Position numbers and translations under genes: made by a program
Part shown: positions 46,961-56,328 of the stretch, piece by piece
How the letters are laid out: each line of letters begins with the position of its first letter
Position numbering within the stretch: the first letter of the stretch is position 1
The notes under the pieces: model-generated
Databases searched by the model: none
Told to the model about the DNA's origin: nothing
What the model saw: only the letters and a program-made list of their open reading frames with translations
Origin: Sphaerochaetaceae bacterium
Lineage (GTDB): Bacteria; Spirochaetota; Spirochaetia; Sphaerochaetales; Sphaerochaetaceae
Assembly (NCBI GenBank): GCA_965140795.1
Contig: OZ223470.1
Span: 2,115,579 to 2,179,578 of the forward strand
Direction: 5' to 3'
Length of the DNA stretch: 64,000 nt

Positions 46961-48460
46961 ATGAGTGACAAAAGGAGTATTGTGGCTTTCGATTGTGGAA
47001 ATTCTTCATGCAGAGTAATTCTTGGTAATTATGAAAATGGGAAAATAATTACTAGAATTATTAAGCAAATCGAAAACAGAATGGTAAAATTTAATGAATA
47101 TTATCATTGGGATATTTTATATCTTTATAATGAACTTTTAGATGGTTTGAAAACTATCGTAAAAGAAGATATAAAAATTGATTCTATAGGAATTTGTACT
47201 TGGGGTGTAGATTTTGCATTCTTTAATGAAGAAGAATCTATGATAAGTAATCCTTGTTCATATAGAAATGAGCATGGAAATGAGATTTTAAATGCATTAT
47301 CTGATGAAACAAGAGAAAATCTTTTTTATTTAACAGGTATTTTATCAGATAGAATTAATTCGGCTTATTTAATGAAATCTTTATTAAATAATTCATCGTT
47401 GATTAAAAATAATTCTAAAAAAGTTTTAATGGTTCCAGATATATTGAATTTCTTTTTTACAGGAGTGCAATTAAATGAACCAAGTGAACTTTCTACAACT
47501 CAGTTATTTGATGTTAGTAGTAAAGCTATAAGTAAAGAGGCTTGTGAGGTTTTAGGTATTAATCCCTCTCTTTTTTGTAACATACCAAAACATGGTGAAA
47601 GAATATCAAATTTAAAAGATATTGTTAAAGAACAATTAGAAATTGATTATGATATTCCAGTAATTTGTGTCCCATCTCATGATACAGCAGCAGCAATATT
47701 AGCAATTCCTTCTAACACTGCTAATTTTTCATTTATTAGTGCTGGAACGTGGGCATTGATTGGATCTGAAATAGAAAAACCAATAATAACTGAGGATGTA
47801 ATATCCAATGGTTTTACTAATGAACTTGGTGCGTTTGGAAAGATTACGTTGTTAAAAAATAGCCCAGGAATGTTTATTGTTCAAAAACTAAAAAGTGAAT
47901 ATGAAGCAGAAATTAATAAGAAAATAAGTTGGAAAGACATAGACAAAATGATTATGGAATCAGAGGGAAAAGATATTCCATTGTTTATTGTAACTGACTC
48001 AAGATATTTTAATCCTATTAATATGTCTAATGAAATTTGGAATTATTTTATTCAAACAAACCAAGTTAAAACAGGAAAAAAATGGGAATTAATTTTTTCT
48101 AGTTTTAATTATTCAATGGCTTGTAATTTTGCTATTAATTTAGAAAAAATCGATAAAATAAATAATAAAAAATTTGAATCTGTTTATATGGTTGGTGGTG
48201 GAACTCAAAATAAAATTTTATGCCAGTTAACAGCCAATATAGCTAAGAAAAAAGTGATTACTTGTGGAAAAGAGAGTACTTCATTAGGGAATATTTTGTC
48301 TCAAATTAAATATTTTGAAAATGAAAAAACAATTGAAGATCTAAGAAATATCATATCTAGAAGTATTGATACTACTTCTTATTATATAGATTCAAATAAT
48401 AATTCAATTTTGAATTCTTATTATGATTTGTTAAATAAAAAGGAATTTTCAAATGGCTAA
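46961..48460 (+). CDS. FGGY-family carbohydrate kinase (rhamnulokinase-like)
   Basis: The N-terminal AFDCGNSSCRVILG is the RhaB-type DLGASSGR equivalent. HDTAAA and GGGTQNKILCQLTAN are also present. Length is 499 aa. Confidence 0.8.
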   Translation: MSDKRSIVAFDCGNSSCRVILGNYENGKIITRIIKQIENRMVKFNEYYHWDILYLYNELLDGLKTIVKEDIKIDSIGICTWGVDFAFFNEEESMISNPCSYRNEHGNEILNALSDETRENLFYLTGILSDRINSAYLMKSLLNNSSLIKNNSKKVLMVPDILNFFFTGVQLNEPSELSTTQLFDVSSKAISKEACEVLGINPSLFCNIPKHGERISNLKDIVKEQLEIDYDIPVICVPSHDTAAAILAIPSNTANFSFISAGTWALIGSEIEKPIITEDVISNGFTNELGAFGKITLLKNSPGMFIVQKLKSEYEAEINKKISWKDIDKMIMESEGKDIPLFIVTDSRYFNPINMSNEIWNYFIQTNQVKTGKKWELIFSSFNYSMACNFAINLEKIDKINNKKFESVYMVGGGTQNKILCQLTANIAKKKVITCGKESTSLGNILSQIKYFENEKTIEDLRNIISRSIDTTSYYIDSNNNSILNSYYDLLNKKEFSNG

Positions 48461-49931
48461 TAATATTTTAGAAATGAAAAATATAACTAAAGAGTTTTTT
48501 GGGAATGTAGTTTTGAAAGGTGTAAATCTAGAAATACAAAAAGGTGAAGTTCATATTTTAGCTGGAGAAAATGGTGCAGGGAAAAGTACATTAATGAAAA
48601 TTCTTTCTGGTGCTTACAAATTAGATAGTGGTGAAATAATTTTAAACAATGAAAAATTGGAGCATCTTACACCTATTTCTGCTTTAAAAAAAGGGATTAG
48701 TGTTATTTACCAAGAATTTAATTTAATCCCTTACTTATCAATTTTCGAGAATATTTTTCTCGGGAAAGAATATAAAAAAGGCCTAAAAATAGATACAAAA
48801 AGAGAAATTCAAGAAGCTCAAATTTTAATGAAAAAAGTTGGACTTGAAGTAAAAGCTACAACTCTTGTTCATGAATTGAGTGTTGCTCAGAAACAGTTAG
48901 TAGAAATTGTAAAAGCTATTTCAAATGAAGTGAAAATTCTTGTATTAGATGAACCTACTGCATCAATTACTGATAAAGAAACAAAACTTTTATTTTCCAT
49001 TATTAAGGATTTGAAAAAAGAAAATATAGGTATTATTTATATTTCTCATAGAATGGATGAATTTTTTGAAATTGGTGATAGATGTACCGTAATGAGAGAT
49101 GGTTCCTATATAGGAACAGTAAATATTTGTGATACAAATGAAGCAGAAATAACAAAAATGCTTGTTGGTCGTGATGTAGAATTTCAAAGACTTCATAATG
49201 AAGTAGTAGATTATTCAAAAAAAGTATTAACTGTTAAAAATTTATTTTATAAAAAATTATTAAAAGATATTAATTTTGATTTATATAAAGGTGAGATACT
49301 AGGTTTTGCGGGGTTAGTTGGTTCTGGAAGAACTGAAATTGCTAAATGTATTATCAGTGATTATAAAAAAACAAGTGGTGAAATATTTTTTAATGATGAA
49401 GAAATGTCTTCTCGATTAGATAAAAATATTGAAAATGGGATTGTATATCTAAGTGAAGATAGAAAAGATGAAGGTTTAATATTAATGCATAATATTGTAG
49501 AAAATATTAATTTGCCAAATCTTAAACAAGTCGCAAATCCATTTATCAATACAATAATGATGTCTAAAAAATCAAAACAATACGTTAAAGATCTAAATAT
49601 TAAAGGTGGTTCAATTAATCAAAATGTAGTTAACCTCTCTGGAGGTAATCAACAAAAAGTTGTAATTGCAAAATGGTTATATTCTAATGCTTCAATTTAT
49701 ATTTTTGATGAACCCACTAGAGGTATTGATGTGGGGGCAAGAGAAGAAATTTATAACATCATGTACAACTTAATAACGGAAGGTGCCTCTATAATATTAA
49801 TTTCATCTGACTTAGTCGAAATCCAAAAAATGAGTGACCGTATATTAGTAATGAAAGAAGGTCAAATTAGTTCAATTATAAAAAATTCAGATTCCTTAAC
49901 TCAAGAACAAATCATGGAATCAGCATTATAA
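48453..49931 (+). CDS. Sugar ABC transporter ATP-binding protein, tandem NBD (RbsA-like)
   Basis: GENGAGKST, LSVAQKQLVEIVKAI, LVLDEPTAS, GLVGSGRTE, LSGGNQQKVVIAKWL and IFDEPTRGIDVGA are present. Confidence 0.9.
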   Translation: MANNILEMKNITKEFFGNVVLKGVNLEIQKGEVHILAGENGAGKSTLMKILSGAYKLDSGEIILNNEKLEHLTPISALKKGISVIYQEFNLIPYLSIFENIFLGKEYKKGLKIDTKREIQEAQILMKKVGLEVKATTLVHELSVAQKQLVEIVKAISNEVKILVLDEPTASITDKETKLLFSIIKDLKKENIGIIYISHRMDEFFEIGDRCTVMRDGSYIGTVNICDTNEAEITKMLVGRDVEFQRLHNEVVDYSKKVLTVKNLFYKKLLKDINFDLYKGEILGFAGLVGSGRTEIAKCIISDYKKTSGEIFFNDEEMSSRLDKNIENGIVYLSEDRKDEGLILMHNIVENINLPNLKQVANPFINTIMMSKKSKQYVKDLNIKGGSINQNVVNLSGGNQQKVVIAKWLYSNASIYIFDEPTRGIDVGAREEIYNIMYNLITEGASIILISSDLVEIQKMSDRILVMKEGQISSIIKNSDSLTQEQIMESAL

Positions 49932-49943
49932 AAGGAGAGATAA

Positions 49944-50906
49944 ATGAAGCTTAATTCAAATAAAAATATAAATATTTCATCAATTACTCTATATTTAGGT
50001 ATATTAGTAGTCTTTGTTGTTTTTCAAATTGTTTGTCAATTCTTTGGCAAGAACTTTATTACCTTGGTTAATATTTTTAATATTATTACTCAATCAAGTA
50101 TAATTTCTATAATTGCCATTGGGGCCTCTTTAGTTATATTAACTGGAGGAATTGACCTAAGTGTTGGCTCAATAGTTGGTTTTGTTGGAATTTTTGGTGG
50201 CTTATTAATAAAAGCCGGAACTCCTTTATTCTTTGCTTGCCTATTATGTATTGTAGCTGGTGGAATATTTGGATTAGTTAATGGCGTTTTTGTAAGTTAT
50301 GGTAAAGTTCCTTCCTTTATTGTTACTTTAGGATCAATGCAAATTGCAAGAGGTCTTGCTTTATTGATAAATGGTGGGCAACCAATTTCAAGTTTTCCTA
50401 AGGGCTTAGGAGCTTTGATGTGCACCAAAGTCTTTGGAACAATTCCCATTTCAGTTTTTTATGTAATTTTCTTTTATTTATTAATGATATTTATTATGCA
50501 AAAAACAATTTTTGGTCGTCATATTTATTCAATTGGAGGAAATATTCAAGCAGCAAGATTATCTGGAGTTAGAGTCTATAGAACAGAAATGTTGGTATAC
50601 GTATTATCTGGAATTTTTGCGGCCATTGGTGGGGTTATGCTTTTAGCCAGATTAACTTATGCCGATCCAAATGCAGGTTCAGGGTATGAAATGAATGCAA
50701 TTGCTGCAACCGTAATCGGAGGAATTTCTTTATCTGGAGGTAAAGGAAAGATTGGAAATACATTAATTGGAGCTATTTTATTAAGTACTCTAACATGTGG
50801 TTTACAAATATTAAATGTTGCAACTTATTATCAATCTATTGTTATTGGAATGGTAATTGTTGGAGCTGTTTTCGCAGATAAACAAAAGGAAAGAAAAAGT
50901 GAATAA
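49944..50906 (+). CDS. Sugar ABC transporter permease (RbsC-like)
   Basis: The 320-aa polytopic protein carries LVILTGGIDLSVGS and GGNIQAARLSG. Confidence 0.9.
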   Translation: MKLNSNKNINISSITLYLGILVVFVVFQIVCQFFGKNFITLVNIFNIITQSSIISIIAIGASLVILTGGIDLSVGSIVGFVGIFGGLLIKAGTPLFFACLLCIVAGGIFGLVNGVFVSYGKVPSFIVTLGSMQIARGLALLINGGQPISSFPKGLGALMCTKVFGTIPISVFYVIFFYLLMIFIMQKTIFGRHIYSIGGNIQAARLSGVRVYRTEMLVYVLSGIFAAIGGVMLLARLTYADPNAGSGYEMNAIAATVIGGISLSGGKGKIGNTLIGAILLSTLTCGLQILNVATYYQSIVIGMVIVGAVFADKQKERKSE

Positions 50907-50933
50907 AATTAATTTCTTCAAAGGAGGATTATT

Positions 50934-51902
50934 ATGAAGAAAGTTTTTATATTGGTTATGTTGATATTATCAATATCATTAGGTTCTGTTTTTGCATCAG
51001 GTACTCAGGAAACTGATAATGATGAAAAGACAATTGGTTTTGTTGGAATGACAATGAATAATGAATATCACATTACATTAGCAAATGGGGCTATTGTTGA
51101 AGGTAAAAAGCTTGGAGTAAAGGTTGAAGCTCAAGCTGGTGATCAACATTCTAGTGCTGCTCAACAATTGACAATTATAGAAAATATGATTGCAAATGGT
51201 GTTGATGGTATTTTATTAGTTCCAAGTTCTTCTGATGGATTAGAATCTGCTTTAAAGCAATGTAAAGAAGCTAATATTCCAATTATTAACTTAGATACAA
51301 AATTAACACAAAAAGTAATTGATGATGTTGGAATTGATGTTCCATTTTATGGTACTAACAATTATGAAGGTGCAAAAATGGCTGGTGAATATGTTGCTGC
51401 ACATTTCCCTAAAGGAACAAAAACTGCAATTTTAAAAGGTATTGAAGGTCAAACAAATGCTGCAGATAGATACAATGGTTTTGTTGATGGAGCAAAAGAT
51501 ACAATTAAAATTGTAGCAGAGCAAACAGCAAACTGGGAAGTAGACCAAGGTTATACAGTAACTCAAAATATCATTAGTTCAAATCCTGATGTAGAACTAT
51601 TCTTCTGTTCTAACGACAATATGGGTATTGGTGCATTAAGAGCTATTAATGAAGCAGGTTTGAAAGATCAAATACAAATTATTGGATTTGACGCAGTTAG
51701 TGAAGCTTTAAATTTAGTTGAAAGTGGAGAATTTCTAGCAACCGTAGCTCAATTCCCAGCAGAAATGGGTAGATTGGGTGTAGATAATATGGTCAAGATT
51801 TTTGAAGGTGGAGAAGCTGAAAAAAGTATTGATACTGGTGTAAAAGTAATTTTAAAGAATGATGTTAGTAGTTTTAAAGATTATTTAGCAGAATTTAATT
51901 AA
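50934..51902 (+). CDS. Sugar ABC transporter substrate-binding protein (RbsB-like, PBP type I)
   Basis: A signal peptide ending VFASG is followed by IGFVGMTMNNEYH, DGILLVP and IGFDA. Confidence 0.9.
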   Translation: MKKVFILVMLILSISLGSVFASGTQETDNDEKTIGFVGMTMNNEYHITLANGAIVEGKKLGVKVEAQAGDQHSSAAQQLTIIENMIANGVDGILLVPSSSDGLESALKQCKEANIPIINLDTKLTQKVIDDVGIDVPFYGTNNYEGAKMAGEYVAAHFPKGTKTAILKGIEGQTNAADRYNGFVDGAKDTIKIVAEQTANWEVDQGYTVTQNIISSNPDVELFFCSNDNMGIGALRAINEAGLKDQIQIIGFDAVSEALNLVESGEFLATVAQFPAEMGRLGVDNMVKIFEGGEAEKSIDTGVKVILKNDVSSFKDYLAEFN

Positions 51903-51918
51903 TAAGTAAGGAAAAATT

Positions 51919-52566
51919 ATGAACTTTAAAAAAGAATTAATCGCAGCTGGATTAAAAATGTATAATTCAGGGTTAACAATTGAAACTTGGGGAAATATTA
52001 GCTTAAGAGACCCAAAAACAAATTATGTATATATGACTCCAAGTGCAATGTCATATGATTCAATTAATGAAGATGATATTATAGTTTGTAAATTAGATGG
52101 TGAAATTGTAGAGGGAAAAAGAAAACCTACAATAGAAAAAGATTTACATTTGGCTATTTTTAATAATAGGCCAGAAGTTAATGCTATAATTCATACTCAT
52201 CCAATGTATTCAATGATTTATGCATGTCAAGGGAAAGATATTCGATTAATTACAGATGAAGCGGCTCAAGCATTAGGTGATGTTTGTAAATGTGCTGATT
52301 ATGCACTTCCTGGTACTAAAGAACTTTCAGAAAATTGTTCGAAAGCTTTAGGTAAAATAGCTAATTCTTGTTTGCTTCAGTCTCATGGAGCAGTAGGTGT
52401 CGGTTGTGATTTAGAAACTGCATTTAGAGTTTGTAAAGTTCTTGAAGTTACTGCTGAAATAAATTATATGATTGAAGCTTCTAATGGAAGTCCCATATAT
52501 ATATCAAATGAAAATATTGAAGCCATGAAAAATTTTGTAAAAAATTGTTATGGTCAAGATAAATAG
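51919..52566 (+). CDS. Class II aldolase/adducin-family protein (L-fuculose/rhamnulose-1-P aldolase-like)
   Basis: WGNISLRD, IIHTHP and LQSHGAVGVG are present. Length is 215 aa. Confidence 0.85.
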   Translation: MNFKKELIAAGLKMYNSGLTIETWGNISLRDPKTNYVYMTPSAMSYDSINEDDIIVCKLDGEIVEGKRKPTIEKDLHLAIFNNRPEVNAIIHTHPMYSMIYACQGKDIRLITDEAAQALGDVCKCADYALPGTKELSENCSKALGKIANSCLLQSHGAVGVGCDLETAFRVCKVLEVTAEINYMIEASNGSPIYISNENIEAMKNFVKNCYGQDK

Positions 52567-52602
52567 TATTTATTAAAATTATTTATAAAATAACTTAAAA
52601 AA

Positions 52603-52648
52603 AAGTATTGTTCAATTAAATATTAATAGGACAATACTTTTTTCTTTT
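52603..52648. terminator. Terminator between convergent operons
   Basis: The stem AAGTATTGT/ACAATACTT is followed by TTTTCTTTT on the plus strand and preceded by an A-run. Confidence 0.6.
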
Positions 52649-52686
52649 ATAGTAGAACAAAATATAAAGCTAAATATTTTATATAA

Positions 52687-53115
52687 TTATTGGTTTAAAG
52701 TATTTTCAATCATCTTATTTAATACATTATTAAATGTTTGTAGATCTTCTTCACTGATACCTGATATAGTATGGTTTTTGAAATTTTCGACAATTGGTAA
52801 AAGTTTTAAAAATTCTTTAGTTCCTTTATCTGTTAATTTAAGACATTTGATACGTTTATCATTATTATTGCCACTTCTATATAGAAATCCATCAAATTCC
52901 ATTTTTTGGAGCATTCTAGCCACTGTTGGTTCTCTAATAGCCATTTTATCAGCAAGTCCTTTTTGAGTAATGTCGTCACTGATGTGTATATAGTACATAG
53001 CTATCCATTGTGTTCTTGGGATACCATGAGAAGAGAGTTGTTCATCTAATGTTTTTGCAAAAACTTTTCCACTTCGACTTGTAATTAAAGCAAAACAATC
53101 ATCAAGATTAAACAT
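52687..53115 (-). CDS. MarR-family transcriptional regulator
   Basis: The 142-aa protein has a winged HTH (ITQKGLADKMAIREPTVARMLQKMEFDGFLYR...DKR). Confidence 0.85.
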   Translation of the reverse strand: MFNLDDCFALITSRSGKVFAKTLDEQLSSHGIPRTQWIAMYYIHISDDITQKGLADKMAIREPTVARMLQKMEFDGFLYRSGNNNDKRIKCLKLTDKGTKEFLKLLPIVENFKNHTISGISEEDLQTFNNVLNKMIENTLNQ

Positions 53116-53179
53116 AATTTTACCAACCTATTTTAATATTAAACTAATTATATAATATTTATATCTTTTTTTCTATGAT

Positions 53180-54112
53180 TTATTTTATATAGCTATTTTT
53201 TGAAAAATTATCAATATAATTAAATACTTTTTCCTCTTCAAATACTGAATCAATTAGTTGTTTTTCACATTGAGAGAAATCAAATAGGCTAAGGCTATCT
53301 GTTTGGATTTTTATTTGTTTTATTTTTCCATCAATAACATTAGTCGATACTGAAACGTTGCCAAAGGATAGTTTTTTCTCTACTGTTATATTGAATTCTG
53401 GAGCTTCACCATATATCCAATTATTTTTATTTATTTTATCAAAAAGTGGAGCGGTAAAACTATATCTATCAATATTAATTATAGGTTCAAAGTTCCCAAA
53501 TTCAGCTTTGAAGGACTTTATTGTTGCTTCTATGATATTTTTTGTATTTATAGAGCTATTAACTTGTGATAAGTTAATAACTCTACTTCTTACAGAATCA
53601 ATTCCTTTAGAATTTAGTTTTAGAAAAGAAGGGTTTAAAACTCTTGATAACATATCTAAATTTACACTAACCATGAGAGTTCCATGGTAGAGATAATTGT
53701 CATCGTTTGTATAATAGGCATGTCCAGAGAATTTTTTCCCTTCAACTAGTAAATCATTTCTTCCACTAAATTCGCAATTTATATCAAAAGAGGCTACAGC
53801 ATTTTTTATTACTGATAAATATTTTTGAGTGTCTGCATTTTTTTCTTTTGTTATAAAAGTGAAATTTACATTTCCTAAATCTTGAAAAACAGCTCCGCCG
53901 CCGGAAAATCTTCTTACAGGGGAGATTTTATTTTCATTTAAATATTCAGTATCAGTTTCAGCAAAAATGTTTTGATTTCTACCAAAAATTACAGCTGCTT
54001 TATTTTGCCATAAGAACAAACTTGTATTTTCATCTGCTTCTAATAATAGCTGATGTTCAGCTGCAACATTATAATAAGGATTATTTTCTTTTGATAAATA
54101 AATTTTATTCAT
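53180..54112 (-). CDS. lplA: Lipoate-protein ligase A
   Basis: RRFSGGGAVFQDLGNVNFTF and KFSGHAY are present. The start overlaps the upstream stop as TAATG. Confidence 0.85.
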   Translation of the reverse strand: MNKIYLSKENNPYYNVAAEHQLLLEADENTSLFLWQNKAAVIFGRNQNIFAETDTEYLNENKISPVRRFSGGGAVFQDLGNVNFTFITKEKNADTQKYLSVIKNAVASFDINCEFSGRNDLLVEGKKFSGHAYYTNDDNYLYHGTLMVSVNLDMLSRVLNPSFLKLNSKGIDSVRSRVINLSQVNSSINTKNIIEATIKSFKAEFGNFEPIINIDRYSFTAPLFDKINKNNWIYGEAPEFNITVEKKLSFGNVSVSTNVIDGKIKQIKIQTDSLSLFDFSQCEKQLIDSVFEEEKVFNYIDNFSKNSYIK

Positions 54113-55794
54113 TATTCGTGTAAGGTTCCTATTCCTAATCCAAATGCTGCTTCATGAATTACTTCTGAAGTAGTTGGATGGGCAAATATTGTTTCTCTGA
54201 TTTCTTCATCAGTTAACCCCTTATTAATAGCTAGTGTAATAGTACTAATAAGCGATGAAGCTTCAACACCGATAATAGATCCACCTAAAATCTTATTTGT
54301 TTTATTATCTTTAATTAGTTTAATAAAGCCTTTGGTTTCGTTCATGGTAATTGCTTTACCATTGTTCATAAAGTTGAACTTTCCAACTTTATAATCAATA
54401 TTTTTAGCTTTGCAATCATCTTCACTTAATCCAACACTTGCGATTTCTGGATTTGTAAAAATTACATTTGGAACAGCCGTATAATCCATTTCTTTAGGTT
54501 CATTAATTATTGAAGAAACTGCTGTTATTCCTTGATGAGAGGCTACATGAGCTAATTGTATAATGTTGGTTACGTCCCCGATTGCATAAATGTGATCAAT
54601 GTTTGTTTTCAAGTAATTATCAACAGCTATACCTTTCTTTTTTTCATTTAGTTTAATTCCGGCATTTTCAATTTGTAATCCATCTAAATTAGGTTCTCTT
54701 CCTATAGCACAGAGAACTTTTTCGCTAACAACTAGTTGCTCTCCATTTTCTCCATCAAAAGTTATAATAGCTTGGTTATCTGTTGAACTTTGTATTTTTT
54801 TCACTTTAGAACTTGTGAAAATATTTATTCCTTCAGCTTCTGCAATAGTTTTTATTTCTTGAGAAACTTCTTTATCTATCATGGTAAGCAGTCTATCCAT
54901 AAATTCTACTACATTAACTTCAACCCCTAAATTTCGATAAATGAAAGCAAATTCCATTCCAATAACACCACCACCAATAATAGTTATTGATTTAGGTAAT
55001 TTAGTAGAGGATAGGGCAGAAGTGCTGTTCATACAGAAAGGAAGCTCCATCCCAGGAATATTAATTTTAGATATTTTAGATCCTGTTGCAATTATAATAT
55101 CTTTAGCTGTTATTTCATAATTTATTTTACCTTTGAGGGATACTTTGTTTGCAGAAATAAAACTAGCTGAACCTTTAATTACTGAGATTTTATTTTTTTG
55201 CATTAAGTAATCAATTCCTGAAACAAGCTTATCAACAACTTGTTTTTTTTGTTCAATAACTTTTGGCATATCAATGTTTATTTGATTGTTTATATTGATT
55301 CCAAAAATAGCAGAATTTTTAACACAATGGCAAACTTCAGAAGATTTTACGAGAGCTTTTGTTGGTATGCACCCAACATTTAAACAAGTTCCTCCCATAT
55401 ATTCTTTTTCAACTATTGTTACTTTTAAGCCTTTTTTTGCAGCATAAATTGCAGCCACGTATCCACCAGGACCTGCTCCAATTATAAGTAATTCAGTTTC
55501 TAAAAGTTTAATCTCATTATCAAATTCTTCTTCATTAGCTTTAATAGCTAAATCAGATTGATTTTCAATAGGAGTAAATTCAAACATTGGTTGTTTTGAT
55601 TTTACTTCTTGACCTTCTTCACATAAGATTTTAGTAATAATCCCGCTTTCTAAGGCTTTAACAGGTTTATTTCCTTTTCCTGTTTCTACTTGTGCTAGTA
55701 TATCTCCCACTTTAACTTGATTGTTAAGTTTTGCGTTAATTTTACCAACTTTTCCAGGTTTCCCCCCAGGAATTATTGTCATATTTATAGTCAT
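54112..55794 (-). CDS. lpdA: Dihydrolipoyl dehydrogenase with fused N-terminal lipoyl-attachment domain
   Basis: The N-terminal ~75 aa form a lipoyl/biotinyl-type domain (VKVGDILAQVETGKGNKPVKA..GIITKI). This is followed by GAGPGGY, the redox disulfide GGTCLNVGCIPTK and the C-terminal HAHPT-like FAHPTTSE. Confidence 0.9.
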   Translation of the reverse strand: MTINMTIIPGGKPGKVGKINAKLNNQVKVGDILAQVETGKGNKPVKALESGIITKILCEEGQEVKSKQPMFEFTPIENQSDLAIKANEEEFDNEIKLLETELLIIGAGPGGYVAAIYAAKKGLKVTIVEKEYMGGTCLNVGCIPTKALVKSSEVCHCVKNSAIFGININNQINIDMPKVIEQKKQVVDKLVSGIDYLMQKNKISVIKGSASFISANKVSLKGKINYEITAKDIIIATGSKISKINIPGMELPFCMNSTSALSSTKLPKSITIIGGGVIGMEFAFIYRNLGVEVNVVEFMDRLLTMIDKEVSQEIKTIAEAEGINIFTSSKVKKIQSSTDNQAIITFDGENGEQLVVSEKVLCAIGREPNLDGLQIENAGIKLNEKKKGIAVDNYLKTNIDHIYAIGDVTNIIQLAHVASHQGITAVSSIINEPKEMDYTAVPNVIFTNPEIASVGLSEDDCKAKNIDYKVGKFNFMNNGKAITMNETKGFIKLIKDNKTNKILGGSIIGVEASSLISTITLAINKGLTDEEIRETIFAHPTTSEVIHEAAFGLGIGTLHE

Positions 55795-55856
55795 ATCTTT
55801 TCTCCAAATATGTAATGGGATTGCAATTAAAGCAATCCCATTATCTTTAGTATTAA

Positions 55857-56297
55857 TTAGTCTTTTATAACCCCTGATGAAACGAGTTTAACACCATTCA
55901 TTAAACAATCTCCTACTGGACATCTAGATTCAATGAATTTTGCAAAAGCTTCTGATTTTTCTTGGCTTTCACTTGTCTTGAAATGCATTTTGTAACGAAT
56001 TTCTTGGAACCCATTTCTTGCATCTGAAAGTCCCATAAACCCATCAGGATCTAAATCACCTTCAAGCTCAACATGGAAATCTTCAAAAGTAAAATCTTGA
56101 GATTCTGCAAATGCTGCAGCAACAATTGTTTGACATGCACCTAAAGCACAAAGTAAAGCTTCTACTGGATTCATTCCAGCATTTGTTCCACCTAGTTCTT
56201 CTGGTTCATCTAGTAAAATTTTGAAACCTCTTGTGCTTGTTTCAACCTGTAAGCCCTCTGCTAATTTTTTTGCTGTAGCTTTAAAAGTAGTTAACAT
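55857..56297 (-). CDS. OsmC/Ohr-family hydroperoxide reductase
   Basis: GTNAGMNPVEALLCALGACQ and the second Cys in SRCPV are present. Length is 146 aa, with a strong RBS (AGGAG). Confidence 0.85.
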   Translation of the reverse strand: MLTTFKATAKKLAEGLQVETSTRGFKILLDEPEELGGTNAGMNPVEALLCALGACQTIVAAAFAESQDFTFEDFHVELEGDLDPDGFMGLSDARNGFQEIRYKMHFKTSESQEKSEAFAKFIESRCPVGDCLMNGVKLVSSGVIKD

Positions 56298-56328
56298 AAA
56301 ATATATACTCCTATTTTAATTTTTTTTA

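Noticed and set aside
42203-52648. Interpreting the GRE locus as a standard fucose/rhamnose-propanediol or choline microcompartment locus.
   Set aside because: There are no BMC shell genes, no sugar isomerase, no lactaldehyde reductase, no aldehyde dehydrogenase and no phosphotransacylase within or flanking the operon.
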